A DNA stretch of 63,607 nt, filler included, from Parasitella parasitica NRRL 2501 (GCA_025201805.1; 7 parts of 7 records of this genome joined end to end with filler, not necessarily neighbours in it); one strand, 5' to 3'. Shown: positions 1 through 13,867, numbered from the whole stretch's first letter. Made by a program: numbers and translations. The notes: generated by a model not told the origin, from the letters alone.

Positions 1-53
1 GGTCAGTCGACTACTTGAGCAAACACCAAGACTCCATCTTTGCAGATGAATAA
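1..53 (+). CDS. Probable 3' end of a gene running in from the left edge (...SVDYLSKHQDSIFADE*)
   Basis: Open frame ending TAA at 51-53, followed by a pyrimidine-rich UTR-like tract and AATAAA at about 109. Too short to identify. Confidence 0.4.
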   Translation, partial: SVDYLSKHQDSIFADE

Positions 54-2439
54 CCTCTTTTCTTATTTTCTCCTTTTCTTCTTTTCTTCTTTTCTTCTTT
101 TTTATATTCAATAAATTATGCTGTTATGTTATTACCTGACCAACTTCTAAATGAAATTACAATTGAATATATAATCTCCAAGTAAGTTGATCCGTTTCTC
201 ATTTCACCAATTTTGTTTATCGAAATCATCATCTTTTACATATTGAAAGTTATCGTTTTTAAATATATGTTCAATAAATCTTTCTCTATGTTTATCGCCT
301 ATATTCTTCAGACATATACATTCTATTCAAGAGTATCGTTTTGAAGCTTTTATAACGACCTTAACTCCTGATAATATATTAATACACACTCACATTTATG
401 GTGTCCCGCCAATACATAATTACAGTTGTAAACCTCACTTAAAGTCAAAATAAATGTCCCGCGCGTCTCATAACTCAAGTTATGATCAATATAAGTGAAT
501 TTATTAAACAGCTTAAGCAGGCTGTCTTTTAAATGTGGGACTCTAACAAGTGTCCTCAGGGTGTCTCCTGTACCCTATAAATAATATTCTCTGCCGAGTG
601 TGACAAAAAAAAAAAGAAGGCTCTTGTGCTTAGTTCTCACGATGTAAACCATTATAATTATTTTATCCAGTATTGGTTAAAGTTCGGATCTTCTGAATCG
701 CTTTGGAAATCGTTAGATGGTGGACTTTGTATAGTCTCTCCTAGCTCAACTTTTGCATATATTGAAAAGCCACATCTTTAGGCTGACTGAGAAAAACAAT
801 CAAGATTGTTTAGGTCTAAGGGATGTTTTGATGGCTCTTGCCTTCTTGGACGCAATCTCCAAAAATATAGCATCCGTTCCCCATTTTTGTACCACATTTT
901 GTGCATGTTAATTGCATTAAAGATTGCAAATGTCGTTTTATAATAATACTACTGCTAGCCATTAGCAGGAGCGCCTACTAGTAAACAAATAGTCGAACAA
1001 ATTGAATCCTACCAGCAAAGAGCAAAACGACCATGAGACGACAAAGATGCTTTGCATTTAACTGGAGCGATGCTTATTTAATTACATAATCACCAAAATA
1101 AAGGAGGTAATCTGATTCCGGCGTCCTCCTGCCATGTGAAATTGAAAATTGCGATATTATTCAAATTAGACATCCTTTTTGGCAAAAAGTGTACGTTTGC
1201 ACTATACTAAAAAAAAAAAAAAAAAAAAAAAGGACCGAGCCATAAATCTAAACAATAATATAAATCTGATCTGGTAGTAGCAATGGAGTTTTTCACACAT
1301 AAAAAGAATTGTTGGATCATCTGAGATCCGATACAAAAAATGGATATTGTCTCCAAGCAGCTATATTGAGAAGCTATTATTATAGAGTATTCATTGGAAA
1401 TCAAGAATACCAATATCAAATGGGCCCGTGTAACTCTTATGTTTTACGTCTGGATCATGGTACACAAGAATTACACCCTTACACGTTTGACTCGCAGCGT
1501 CTTCTCCGATACGGATTATCGACTTACGTAAATATGTGAATATTCAGGGAGCTATTACCGTTTGTATGCATTACCGGGGCTGAAAAGTTCTAAATGTATC
1601 AATGGCAACCGATTCTAACCGGTATTGTGTTACGATGAAAAAAAAATTTATATGGAAAATCATTTACTTGGGAGTGCCTCCAGATGGAAAAAGAGTGATA
1701 TATGGTTTCAAGGTAAGAAAAATATCAAAATGCAAGATAGGATAATTGGTATATTTGCTTGAAAGTTAGCAGCGTAGTGTTTTTTTTGGGCTATTGCAGC
1801 GCCCAGACTTGTTATTAGACTTTCTGCTCTTATTTGTTGTTTTTGTAAGGCTCTTTTTTCTGTAATGCAAGAGTCTATAGAGGAATTCATCTGGTTTTTA
1901 CGAATCTCTAATACACAACGACCAAACCTATCTGCAACAAAGGAATTCTTGTTGTCCATTTCCATTCTCTGATGCTATCACCAACCTGTGCATACAATGT
2001 ACATTTAGATTGCTTGGTAGGATAAATGAGGATGACAAATGAGCAATCAAGACTGGGTATTCTTTCCAAAAACAACCACGCACAGATAAAATATCTTGAT
2101 AATTCCTTTTTTGACCATCTTGATTAGTAGTAGGGGCTATACCAGACTCAATTGACGAAATATCATACAAAGCAAGTTACGCATTTGTTTACTTGACATC
2201 ACTGCTGCGGGCGTAGAGAGACTTGGCTTGAGTGCGTTATTAGACACAATCTGAGTAAAATCAAATGCGCAAATTGGCATTGGAGGCTCCCAATTTTTAT
2301 TGTCATGAAGAAAAAGGTATATTCAAAAAGTAGTTTTTGAGGATCGTATCAATATAAATATATATATATATAAACAAAAGTATGATATAATAGTAGTATG
2401 TACAAGTATATATAAAAAAAAATTCAAGGAGACATGCGT

Positions 2440-3042
2440 TCAGTAGTAATCACCATCTTCATCTACATTAGGCAATGCAGCGATACGCTTTTGGATTTTG
2501 AGCAATTTGGGTGCCATGGACGTTTGGAGGCCTTCACGTGCGACTGGGTCTGCGGTGCGTCGCAGCAACTCAAAATATGCATTTGCGCAATCATCTATGG
2601 CTTCACGTGCAGCCACTCTATCACCAGAGTAATAAGATGATCCTTGGGAATCTTCAGCATAGTCCAGCTCGTCAATGGCCAGTGTGTATAATGATTGCAG
2701 CCTCTCCAACCCTTGGCAATAGTCGACAGAAGTGGTCGGTGTGTGCGCAACATCTTCGAGGGTGGCGGATGCGTTGGATGAGTTTCTGCGTCTGAAGAAT
2801 GGGATTACATGGCGAAATTTGTCTTTTATGCTGACGGTAGAATCAAAAGTTCCAACCGACATGGTATCGCTGTGCTTTCTACTTTTGAATCTTGATACGA
2901 TGGTATCATCGCTGCCTCTACGCAGCTGTTGTCGCTGCTGTGATTGCTGGTTGTTGGGTTGAGCGGGCGATAGTTTGTTAATGAACGAGCCCCATTTGGA
3001 TTTAAATAATGTCGTTGGTGCCGGCATAGCTTTGATCTGCAT
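2440..3042 (-). CDS. Hypothetical protein, 200 aa: low-complexity N-terminus and a predicted helical C-terminal domain
   Basis: Intact single-exon ORF with A-rich context before the ATG, TATA-like TATATAAA upstream on the minus strand and AT-rich sequence after the stop. Confidence 0.75.
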   Translation of the reverse strand: MQIKAMPAPTTLFKSKWGSFINKLSPAQPNNQQSQQRQQLRRGSDDTIVSRFKSRKHSDTMSVGTFDSTVSIKDKFRHVIPFFRRRNSSNASATLEDVAHTPTTSVDYCQGLERLQSLYTLAIDELDYAEDSQGSSYYSGDRVAAREAIDDCANAYFELLRRTADPVAREGLQTSMAPKLLKIQKRIAALPNVDEDGDYY

Positions 3043-3571
3043 TGTTTTTTTGGTTTTTTTTTTGTCAAGAAGTTATATACAAGAGAGAAAGAAAGAAAAT
3101 AATTGACAGGGAGAGTGTCTGATTGCTCTATTTATATACACAAGCACAGCCCTATCGGAGACAATAGGCCTGCTGTGCTACCTTGCTTTTTAGTAATCTT
3201 CCAAGTGTCAAGACCAATAAAATAGGAGGATCCGATATATACAATTCATGCGCATGAACATGGAAGAAAATAGCTTGAAGCAGGGGTTCGTGGGGGCTCA
3301 ACCGACAGAAAAAAAAAAGTCTAAAAAGAGAGACATACATCAGCTCTATGGCATAATATTGTTCATTCTGTTTAGCATTGGCATTACTTTTTTTTTTTCT
3401 TTTTTATTTTCTTTTTCTTTTTTTACGGAAAAAAAAAATAGAAACCAAAATACCCTAGATAATATATTCATTCTTGTAACTGAAAGATAACCAATCGTAT
3501 CGCGCCCCCTTTATTTGTTAAATACTATTGTAAACCTAATATACCCTTTTCTCCTTAATGGAATACTTCTA

Positions 3572-5692
3572 TTATCTCATCAGCAGCATCGACAAAAATA
3601 CCATGATCATAATAGAAAAACCTGCCATTGAATTCTGATGAACAGCTTGAATCCCTTGCGAAGTAGGTGTAGGGGATGTTTTTAATCCATGGCTTGTGTT
3701 GCTATCATCACAAATGGATCGAGACTTTGGGGTTTTGACATTTCCGTCAGTTGTATAGTTTGTCCTTGTCAAGACTGTGGAGTATCCAATAGAGTCCAGT
3801 ATGCGCAAGATCCCAGGCCCAATGGGTGATTTGTACGTCATTTCAACCATCGTGTTATTACTGCTGGACACTGTGTCGTTGTAGGGAAGAACTGGTATTT
3901 CACTGTAGTATGCTTCCACCAGTTGCTCTAATGTCTTGCCCTTATGGTACGCTTCTGTCATCAAAAAGTCAGGTGTGTTCTCGTACTGATCATCAAGATG
4001 CGATATCATCAGTCCAGGTCGATTCATAGTAGGGTCAGTATGTTCGTATAAGCTGTTCGACATGTCTCCCCCCGTCAACAGGGTCATGCTTCGGTAAGTC
4101 TGATTCAAGTAAGGTATCAGAGTATAACTGCTGTTGCTCACTGTTGGTGCGTCAAACTGGAATGTGATTGTTTCTGGTTGGGACATGGATATCCACAGCT
4201 TGTGTGCCAGTGTAGACTGATTCGCCTCATTGAACAATCGAATGAAATTGACAATAAACGCATCGCTGTTTTGTACACAGAAATCCTGCATCTGGAAAGC
4301 GAGATCCGATAGAGACAGTCTGCTCGTGACATTCAGCTCCGTGTCCACATTTACCAAGTACTTGTCGAATATCATATTGGGTTGGAATCCGGTGACATAT
4401 GCTGGTCCTGTGTCTTGGTTGATGAACCAGTAGAGTCCCGGCGTAACCAACTGCAGCTCCAGCGGGTCAATCACGCCATCAACCAGTGTGCGAAATGGAG
4501 ATGCATCTGTCCAAAAGTAAGCTGCCCAACTGCTCAAAAAGCCCAGTCCATGGAGCAGTTCGTGCAGCACCACATACCGGAAATCAACTTGGTGGGGATT
4601 GATCTCCTGTACTGTGCCTTGAGCATTTTTATCGTTCTAAACTATATTAGTAGATGTTTCTCCTGCCAAGTCGTATCTACTTACAAAGAACCAGTACTTG
4701 CCGTTGGGCGGAATTCGAGAGCCATTCCATCCGTCATGGAGGGCCTGCTCAATTTCGCTCGCATTCAGATACATGTCATGGTTGATTTCTATTTCTATAT
4801 CGTACTTTGACCATACAGAGGTGCTGCTATAAGGCGCCAATTGCTTCGCCAAAGCTTGCGGATAAACGTAATTCAGATCTGCTCCGTCTTCGAAAGGTAG
4901 TGTGAATTGTGATGTAGGCGATCCCCAACCATATGTATCATTTGCGCATGTTTTTTCACAAAAGCTGTAATACACTATTCTAATCAGCAGGGAATTCTTG
5001 ACGTTGACCACCCGAGTAAATTCATCTATAGCATATCCTACTGCCTTACTGACTTTGGCACAATAAATGTCGTCAGCTTTGCATTCTAAATCGTATTGTA
5101 CAAGCGGATCCGATGTGTTGGTATATTGGATAGTCGTGTTGGACGGCGCTGAAGTAGTTTGGTTTTTTGAGTGATGAGACAATAATGGATCGTTGTTGCT
5201 TGCTGTCGTCATGCTGGTTGGTATAGTTGTTTGTTGTTGATAAGATGCTGCTGAAATGTCTCGTGTGGGATCTGTGGTTGGAGTCGCTGACGCCGTGTTT
5301 TGTCCTTCTACAAGAGAGTCTTCTTCCATAGTGGCAAGCTCTTCTTCCGTTTCTTCTTCTTCTTCCTCATCCTCATCCTCCTCCTCCTCCTCCTCCTCCT
5401 CCCCATCGTCGTAGTCCTGCTCGTTGATAGTGCCGTCTTCTTCTTTGTCTGTGCTGGCTATTAATATTCTAGGCTGTATGAGTTTTTCATTATTATCTGT
5501 ATTGATATCTTCTGTCACCATGGTTACAGTCGTTGTAGTGGATACTATTTTTTCACCATCATTCTCTTCGAAATGTGATGGACGTTTTGTGAGAAGGGAA
5601 TTGGTGTTGAAAGAATACTCTTTTGCTTGTGCTGTAGTTTGCGATTGCACAAGAGAAAAAAGAAGAGCCTGTATCAAAAGCATGCTCCGCAT
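3572..5692 (-). CDS. Secreted or surface zinc-metalloprotease-like protein (HEXXH), possibly GPI-anchored
   Basis: ORFs 4637-5713 and 3572-4573 join in frame over a 48-nt GT-AG intron (4637-4684), giving ...KYWFF|NDKNAQ...DFRYVVLHELLHGLGF. It has a signal peptide (MRSMLLIQALLFSLVQS), an acidic and S/T-rich linker, and a hydrophobic C-terminus. Confidence 0.8.
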
Positions 5693-6768
5693 TTTGTTAC
5701 GTCGTATAATCATAAGCTATTGCAATTGTTTATGGGCTTTGGATACTTGATAAGTGAAGCAGGATTAATTAAGACAAATTTTTTTAGTGCTGCTACTACT
5801 AGTGCGGCTTTCGAATACAATGAATTCTGCCATTAATCGACTGCTCCTCAATGACGCATCACGGCAAACGAACACCAAGAATTTAGGTCCTGTATGTAAA
5901 TTGTGAGGAGCATATTAGAGCAAAAAGGGGGAGGCGAAAGCAGCGGTCTATGTGCGTAAGAGGGTAATGGTCCGGATCACGATGTTGCACCGTTCCCTTT
6001 CTATCAATGGTGATAATCGGTCTTCTCATATTCAAATGAAACGAATTTTCGGATAATATCATTAACATTTAATGCCCCCTTCTTGGCCGAAAAGAACAGA
6101 AAAAAAAAAGATGATACGATATTATGCAATCATTCAAGTTGTCATTTGAAACTTGTCATATTATAGTTTATGCCGACCGTATATATCAGCTATATAGAAC
6201 ATCTTTGTATCTATTTATGCCTCCTTTTGAACTCACAAAGTAGTTTAATGTTGTTATAAATATATGGCATCTCCTAAACGTTGTCAACTAGAAAGAAAGA
6301 AAGAAAAACCAAAAATAAAACCAATAAAAAAAACCAATAAAAAAAACCAAGAGGCATTGTCCTTGATACAGTAGCAAGATCGGTGGATACACAAAAGGAT
6401 AAACGGCTGATCCCTTGCCCGCCTTGTTGTATAATACTACATGTAAATATATGTGTGTTTCGGCATAATTCCATTGTATATACATGTAATGTATACGGAA
6501 TCTTCTATGATATTATACCATTTATTTTATTCTACTCCAATGACTTGTTCCTCTACATGTTTGTCAGCTGTAAACTATAATATACGGTGCTCGCCTCCTT
6601 ACATCTCGCTGTTCTCTGTATTTGCCCCTCTCCCTTCTTGTCATATATAAATACACATATATCACCGCCTCCTTCATATCTATATAATACAAAGAAATAA
6701 ACATATTTAATCCTCATCTCTTTACATCTTGATTTTTCTTTCGTTTTATGCGCTGGCGATCATAGGAT

Positions 6769-7464
6769 ATGACACAACATCAATCATCACTTTCCATCAT
6801 GGATCAAATCAAAGATGCTGGCTATCACTGTTGGATTCAAATCTATAGTCCATTATTTTGGATTTTGTCTGTACTTATAAACCATTGGAGATTACAAGAA
6901 AACAACAAAATTCTCATTGATGATAATTTTTCGTTCAGAAACATTGTACCTCCACTGAAAAAATCAGTGAGAATATCAAATAATCTACCTCCTCCATCTC
7001 CTCGCATTGTAATTAGCCCATCCTCCCTGCGTCAACGGCGACAGAACCCACCAAATAAACAACTACCAGAGACAGTGCAACCAGTATCAAAAAACAAGCC
7101 TGCTGCTTTATTGTTGCAGCCCAAACCTAAATCTTCACTATCAACTCCAATAAAAATAGCAACTGCGAAAAGAAAACAACCATCTATATTTTCTTCTTGG
7201 AAACAGAAACATTCGCATCATCAATATCCACAAAGAACATCCTTTTTGCGAAGATTAAGCAATAGTAGTACTAGCAGTGGCGATACGGTAAAATCAGAAC
7301 CGTCATCACCATCCATCCTGAAATCTTTCTCCTGGAAATCAAAGCGACAATATTTGGACTCATCATTAGAAACAGGGCATCCAAATCCTGATGCAATCGC
7401 AACAAATAATAGCAAACAACCTCGTATATCACTATCGCATTTCAGAAAGAAGATTAACACTTGA
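6769..7464 (+). CDS. Hypothetical Ser/Pro/Lys-rich protein with a short hydrophobic N-terminal segment
   Basis: 231-aa ATG-initiated ORF with TATATAAA at about 6644. No recognisable domain. Confidence 0.6.
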   Translation: MTQHQSSLSIMDQIKDAGYHCWIQIYSPLFWILSVLINHWRLQENNKILIDDNFSFRNIVPPLKKSVRISNNLPPPSPRIVISPSSLRQRRQNPPNKQLPETVQPVSKNKPAALLLQPKPKSSLSTPIKIATAKRKQPSIFSSWKQKHSHHQYPQRTSFLRRLSNSSTSSGDTVKSEPSSPSILKSFSWKSKRQYLDSSLETGHPNPDAIATNNSKQPRISLSHFRKKINT

Positions 7465-9839
7465 TTTATCATTTAAAATAAATAGAGTTGTTTATTAATG
7501 AAGTTCGTTTGGCACTGTCCTTACTTATGCATGAATGCATCGTTATGTATGCATAATCACTTGAATGTATGTGCTTTATCCCTGTATGTTCTGTTACCTA
7601 CTATGTCCTATATATTTATATAGAGCATACTGCTATAAATATACCCATAATAAAAGCATTTCTCTGAATAATACATACAGTAAAGTGTAGGTTAGAATAA
7701 ACCGCTTGCAAAAAGCTGCATTGAGCTGTTGAAAAGATATCTATACACAATATTAGACACTGCTCCAACTCATGTCAATCCTCGTTGCTCGAGATCCTGC
7801 ATTTGATCTTGGATTTATCATCGATCATGATAATGACTATTCCTTTCTATAGTATATACCTATAATTTACGTATATGAGAGAGTTTATTAAATGATTAGT
7901 TTTTATCAAGAAGGCCGGTACGCAAAAAGCTTTCAGAAGACATGCAGAAATCTATTATATAGTTTTGTCCGGCTTGTGTCAATAATTAAAGGATACCTTA
8001 TAAAAAAAAAAACTTGATAAAGCCGCCAGTTCGGTCGATTGCCTGATAAAGCTACACATTTTTTTTTAAAAAAAAAAAGATTCCAGAATAACGCAAAAAA
8101 GCAAAAAGATGTGAACATATGTAACATTTAACACTTTTTAAATATGGTATGCATAAAGCTAAATGTTAGTATTCTTAATATTTTATTTTTTTCGATCTAG
8201 GAGCAATTTTGAGTCGTTTTTGAGAAAAATTAAAGATTTTTCGATTTTAGATGAGGGTATACCGGTATACAAGGACTTGTGGTTCAAAGCTGCCCACAAA
8301 ATTCTCTCAATTTGAAGATTTTGCATATTCTAACCCTCAACTTTGATTTTCTCCTTTTACAATACTAGATGCTAGCTTTGAGTGTAATGTATAATTCACA
8401 AGCCTTTCGAATAAGCGAGATATATACTCGAAATGGATTTCAATTTGAACACGATATAAGAATAACTTTTGTAGTGAAATTTTTATTTAAGCTAGTGGTG
8501 CAGATAGCACCTTTGAATAGTGCAAATAGCAATAATATGCTTTATGTACTGTATATTGTTGTGGCCATTGCAAAAATCATCCCATCATCGCTGACTTTAA
8601 CTCTAAACACATACTAAGAGAAGGAAGCTCTAAAGTACCTATTTGTTCTGAGTCGCAACTAATTATGGTACAACTAATTATGGTATTAACAAAATATCAT
8701 GTAGATGATATATGCTTTTCTCATCATATAATTTAGCATGAACATCAGTTGGCATTACAATAGAGTATAGTGAACACATCCTCAGCAGATATATGTAATT
8801 CTGGTACTCTTGGTTTAAAAATAGCAAGATAGCGATGTATTATTGATCAAAGACGATCCACTCTAAAATGGGCGAGAACACTTGAGCTTGATTTACGTGC
8901 TCGGATTTGGCTATATTACTAGATGTCGTCAACTGGAATTCGTCAATAGACAGCTAAAAGTAGTACAGGGTTGCCTCACCCTGAACAAATTATCTAATGA
9001 TTATTCATACAAAAATATTCTACCTACTATGGTGAATATTGGTATATTTGCAACCAGTGCTGAATGACAAGTCGCACCTCGAGTTGATTTTGAACGAAAA
9101 CGACTACTCAAGTCCAGTTAAAAAACTGGCTGTTATCACAACTTATTGCTACAGTCGAGACTTTAGAAACGTGATCTGCTTAATCAGTAACCCGTTTCTA
9201 CAGATTGAATTGCAATTGTGTGAATATTTGCAGATATATATTATTCATGTTTCATAATGCAACTAGCTGTTTACACGGGTCTAAAATACATCTTTTCAAC
9301 GAGGTTGTATATTCATACACGTAGTTATTATTACGATCAGCTTTGTATTTGTTTCATCAATTTTGGCTGGATATACATTTAAAAGAAAAATTGCCGAACA
9401 ACTCGGTTTTTACGCACGCCACTTTATGAAATTCATGTAGCATTACAAAATTAGTCTAGGTACATGTAAATGCAAACTATACCTAAAGAGACACACAAAG
9501 AAAACAAGATATATTGTAAGAAATAGCAGACATTAGCTTGCAGCAAATAAAAGAAACCGCACTAAAATGTAAATGATCCCGAGGAGATTGCTTCTAAACT
9601 CTTTCGCAGTGTAGATCGAAATCACTTATATGCGTGCTGCTTGGATTAATGCAGATAATGATGATATGCTTTTCTCTGCTTGTTGATCCCTGTTGAATAT
9701 ATACATATAGCTCTTCTTTTTTTCTTTTCTTTTCTTTCCCTTTTTCATATAGAATTTTAATATATACATGATTCAGCGTTAAACTTCCTTTTTATATATA
9801 TATAACATTACATCTGTACAATATTAACGCAAAATACTA

Positions 9840-11845
9840 ATGACTATAAATGACAGCAGCGAACAGAATAAATTGATTTCACCTAATTCAATACCAATGA
9901 TCCAAATCCAAGAGCCCACATCTCCTCCACCGCCTTTGCCAACGTTGCGATCACAATCATTCGAAATGCCGAGGGAGAAAGCATCAGACGCTCATGCTCA
10001 TTTTGAGACATCAACTTCATCAGTCAGACCAGGCATAAACCGAGCGAGCAAATCCCACAGCGGTGGTTTTACGCTTAACAGACCTTCAATGAATTCACGC
10101 AAATCATTCGCAAGGTCTGTATCTTCATTTTCATTGTATTCCCATTTCGCTGGTGAAAGATTCAGTCATCCCAACCGCCACCACTATCATTCTTCATCAA
10201 GAAAAAACAGCGCAAAATCTTCAGATGTAGAAGATGTCTCCGTCAAGGGTGCATCAACTGACAGTAACTACAGCAATGGCAGCAGTATCGATGAGAAGGA
10301 TGGCGAAACCTCAGCTCCTAAAGCATCTGTGGGCAAAGCCATGTTTATGTTTCTCAAGGCTTTCATCGGATCAGGTGTACTGTTCCTTCCAAAGGCGTAA
10401 GTCCCATGTATACTTTATGTACAATGATTATCAGGCTAACCAAATATAACATAGCTTTGAACATGGAGGACTCGCTCTGTCTTGCGTGCTAATGGTGATC
10501 ATCGCTGGCATCTGTTTATTCGCATTTTTGAGGCTAGTAAAAACGCAACTTGTTGTAGGCGGTTCTTACGGCGACATGGGCCAGGTGCTGTACGGAAGGT
10601 GGATCAAGTATATTGTATTATTCTTTATTGTAATATCACAAATGGGGTTCGTATGCTCCTATTTTGTATTCATTTCAGGCAACCTTGTAAACATTGTTGA
10701 CGTCCTGTCTCACTGTGGTGCTCAGATCGAACAGAAATACTACATCTGGTTTCCCCTGATTTTCATCATGCCCTTGGTACTGATCCGACATATTGCTAAA
10801 CTGTCTTTCACTGCCATAATCGCGGACGCTTTTATTTTGTTTGGTTTAATCAGTTGTTTATACTTTACAGCCCACGAACTAAAGAACTTTGGAATGGGGC
10901 CGGAAGTAAAAGCGATCAATCCCGCTAATTTTGCGCTGATGCTTGGCACTGCGACATTTTCATTCGAAGGAATTGGATTAGGTACGTGGAAATATACGCA
11001 TAACAGACGAGTAATGCTCATCCAACCCATCCTGCTTTTCATAGTGATACCCATAGTAGAATCAATGAAGCAGCCTGAGCGATTTCCGTTTGTCGTAACG
11101 GTAGGAATGGCTATTGTTTGCTCCATTTACATCTTGATTGGAGCCATATCTTACATGGCGTACGGCAATCACATCCAAGCTGCCGTGGTATATAATTTCC
11201 CTCGTGATAATCCTCTTACTATTGCTGTGCAGCTGCTGTACTCGATTGCTATAATCCTGACGTAAGTGTCTATGACATTGATCTTCTTAAAACAGCAGTA
11301 GCCAACTCATAACCTGCATGCATCTACATAAATTTAGCGCTCCACTCATGCTATTTCCCGCGATAAAAATCTTGGAAAGCGCTTTATTTCGAAAATGCCG
11401 TTCAGGAAGCGACGACTTGAAAATCAAATGGAGCAAAAACCTCTTTCGAATTTTCTTACTATGCTTCTGTGCAGCCGTTGCTTTCGGTATTGGAGGGGAA
11501 AATTTGGATATTTTTGTATCTCTTGGTAAAAAAAATTGTTGAAACAAAAAGTTGGCCGATTATTGATGTATTGTTGTTTTAGTTGGCTCCGTTGCTTGTG
11601 TTCCTTTATGTTTCATATTCCCAGGTATAATGATAGCTTTTTCAGGTACATAGCACCATTGCTAACATGGACTTGTAGGGTTATTCCATTTTAAAGTATG
11701 CAGAAGGTTAAAAGACAAGCTTTTTGATGCTGCTTTATCCACATTTGGTGTCGGGATCATGGTATTTACATTGTATGTGACAATTGCTTCGTTTTTAAAG
11801 CCGGAGAGCGGCTCATTTGTATTACCACCATACTGTCCCACATAA
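9840..11845 (+). CDS. Amino-acid transporter, AAAP/Aa_trans family (Avt3/Avt4-like vacuolar exporter)
   Basis: Motifs KAFIGSGVLFLPKAF, SYGDMG, FSFEGIG and PIVESMKQPERF, with a long Ser-rich N-terminus. Several GT-AG introns (first 10397-10454); stop TAA at 11843-11845. Confidence 0.9.
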
Positions 11846-12014
11846 AAAAAAAAAAGAAAAAAAGAAAACTTGTTTGCATGAAAAGAATAAAAACTTTATC
11901 GAAAGATTGATAGAAAATTCTCTTTGTATTGGCCTAGTAGCCTGATTATTTTCAGTCTTGTATAAATATCCATAGCTAAACTTTTTGGTCTTGATTCCTC
12001 AAACAAACAATCGA

Positions 12015-12309
12015 ATGTCACACAACAGCAAGAGTAACACTCGCTCTGATCGCCACGAAAAGCATATTGCTAGGTATATATAGCTTCTAATAAAATCAGG
12101 ATTCTAAAGTTTAACGCTGATTGCTGTATATTAGAAATGGACAAAATGCTACCATGAAAAAAGCTGGTGCTGGGCGTGCCAACTGGGGTATTGAAGGCGA
12201 CGAAACGCTTGACTTTTATGAGTATGCTCATCAAGAAATCGAAAAAACCATCAAACCTGCCAAAATGAAGGTCGTTGATTCTGAAACTTTCAAAAGCATG
12301 CAATCCTAG
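12015..12309 (+). CDS. Small hydrophilic Stf2/Tma10-like protein, copy A
   Basis: MSHNSKSNTRSDRHEKHIAR|NGQNATMKKAGAGRANWGIEGDE... with intron 12074-12134. KKxGxGxxNWG is the Stf2 / HABP4-PAI-RBP1-type motif. Confidence 0.8.
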
Positions 12310-13525
12310 TATATAGAGATTTAGCAAATGTATTCTAGTGTATAGTTCCTATGATGCCATTTCAGTGTATCAATATTACCATTTTCCTTTCTCAAAACAA
12401 TAATATTCCAACCTCTGTTTAATAAAGGTTGCAAATCAATGCCTGCGTTAAATACTCTAATATTGTGTTTTATATTACGAAATGCCGATATTTGGCATAG
12501 CAAAAAGCTCGTTACGCGCACTATTGTGTAGATAGATTTACTAGATTATCTACTCTTGGCTGATTCAGGTGCTTAATACCACTTTCAAAGAATAGTAAAA
12601 AGCCAAATTGAAGAAAAGAATTGCAATGTAAAGATTCTACACTGTTTTCCATAATTTCCAAATCTTGTAATATCAACTATTTTCAAAGGAAATACCTTAA
12701 TATCTTCGACGAACAACAACAGTAATTATCAATCATGCACCCCACCCGTAATGTAAGATGTCGACACTTTGGAAAGCACACTTTAATAGCTTCCTGACAG
12801 ATGCACTCCTTTGGACAGGCATATATGGATAGGCAGCTTTCCATTTCAGCTACAGATCGTCACTGTCCAGAGCCCAAACAACTCTGGAAACAGTAAAATT
12901 ATTACATAAATACCTTTCTATTCCCACTGAAAAATGAAAGACTATGAGCGTTAATAGAAGATGTCATACTATTTTTGATACTAATTTAAGAAATTGTGAG
13001 CCTTAATGTGTTTGAAGGAAAAAATTAAGCAATTGGTCTCAGCTATTATATAGGTAGTTAAAGACGCGCCAAGAAGCTTTTGTTATGTTTACAGGATGAT
13101 ACCATAGTGAGACGTAATTGCTACTGTAATACCTATTTTTGCAACAAACTATGTACACTGATTTGGGTCTCAGGAACCATGAGACTTCTCCAAATAAAAT
13201 TCAATGCCAAGATGTTATCATTATGGATTGGACACAGATAACTTCTTTGAAGTTGACTTTCTGAGTGACACAGGAGTCTTTTATACAAGCTTTTAGCCCT
13301 CCCACGCTTCTATGTTTGGCTGAAAATTCTTGCAGCTCGTAGCGATTTGCATGAAATAAAACCTTATTAAGTTTGAGTTGATAGGCTCGAAAGGATGTCA
13401 AATTGCACACCAAGTCATGCGATAATCCATGTACCAAATCCTATTTTTTCCCATCATGTAACTATAAAAACGCCTTTTTCAATCTGTTTCGTGAATTCTT
13501 TTGTTTTCAAATCGATATACTCATA

Positions 13526-13867
13526 ATGGCTCGTAGCAAAGATTCAGTTTTTCCTCATCATCCTCGCCATGAAAGGCATGTAGCCAGGTACATAAATACT
13601 CAGCGTGATACATATATATATAGCTTAAGAGTAAACTAACAGTATTTGACTAGAAATGGCCAAAGTGAATTACGTTATGGTGTCAAGAAAATGGGTGCTG
13701 GTGCAGGTAATTGGGGCATCTTGGGCGATGAACTGCCTGATGTTGAAGAAATCGCTCGCGCTGAATTTGAGACGAACTCATCAGGACAGTCTCAGTATGG
13801 CACAAAGCTACACCTGGTTGATTCAGAAACATTTGAGTATATGCGCTCAAACGAACAAGCATCCTAA
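13526..13867 (+). CDS. Small hydrophilic Stf2/Tma10-like protein, copy B
   Basis: MARSKDSVFPHHPRHERHVAR|NGQSELRYGVKKMGAGAGNWGILGDE...VDSETF with intron 13588-13653, at the same position and phase as in copy A. Confidence 0.8.

Noticed and set aside
1207-2170. Several 70-85 aa ORFs
   Set aside because: No motifs, no coherent exon chain, and lengths expected by chance in AT-rich DNA.
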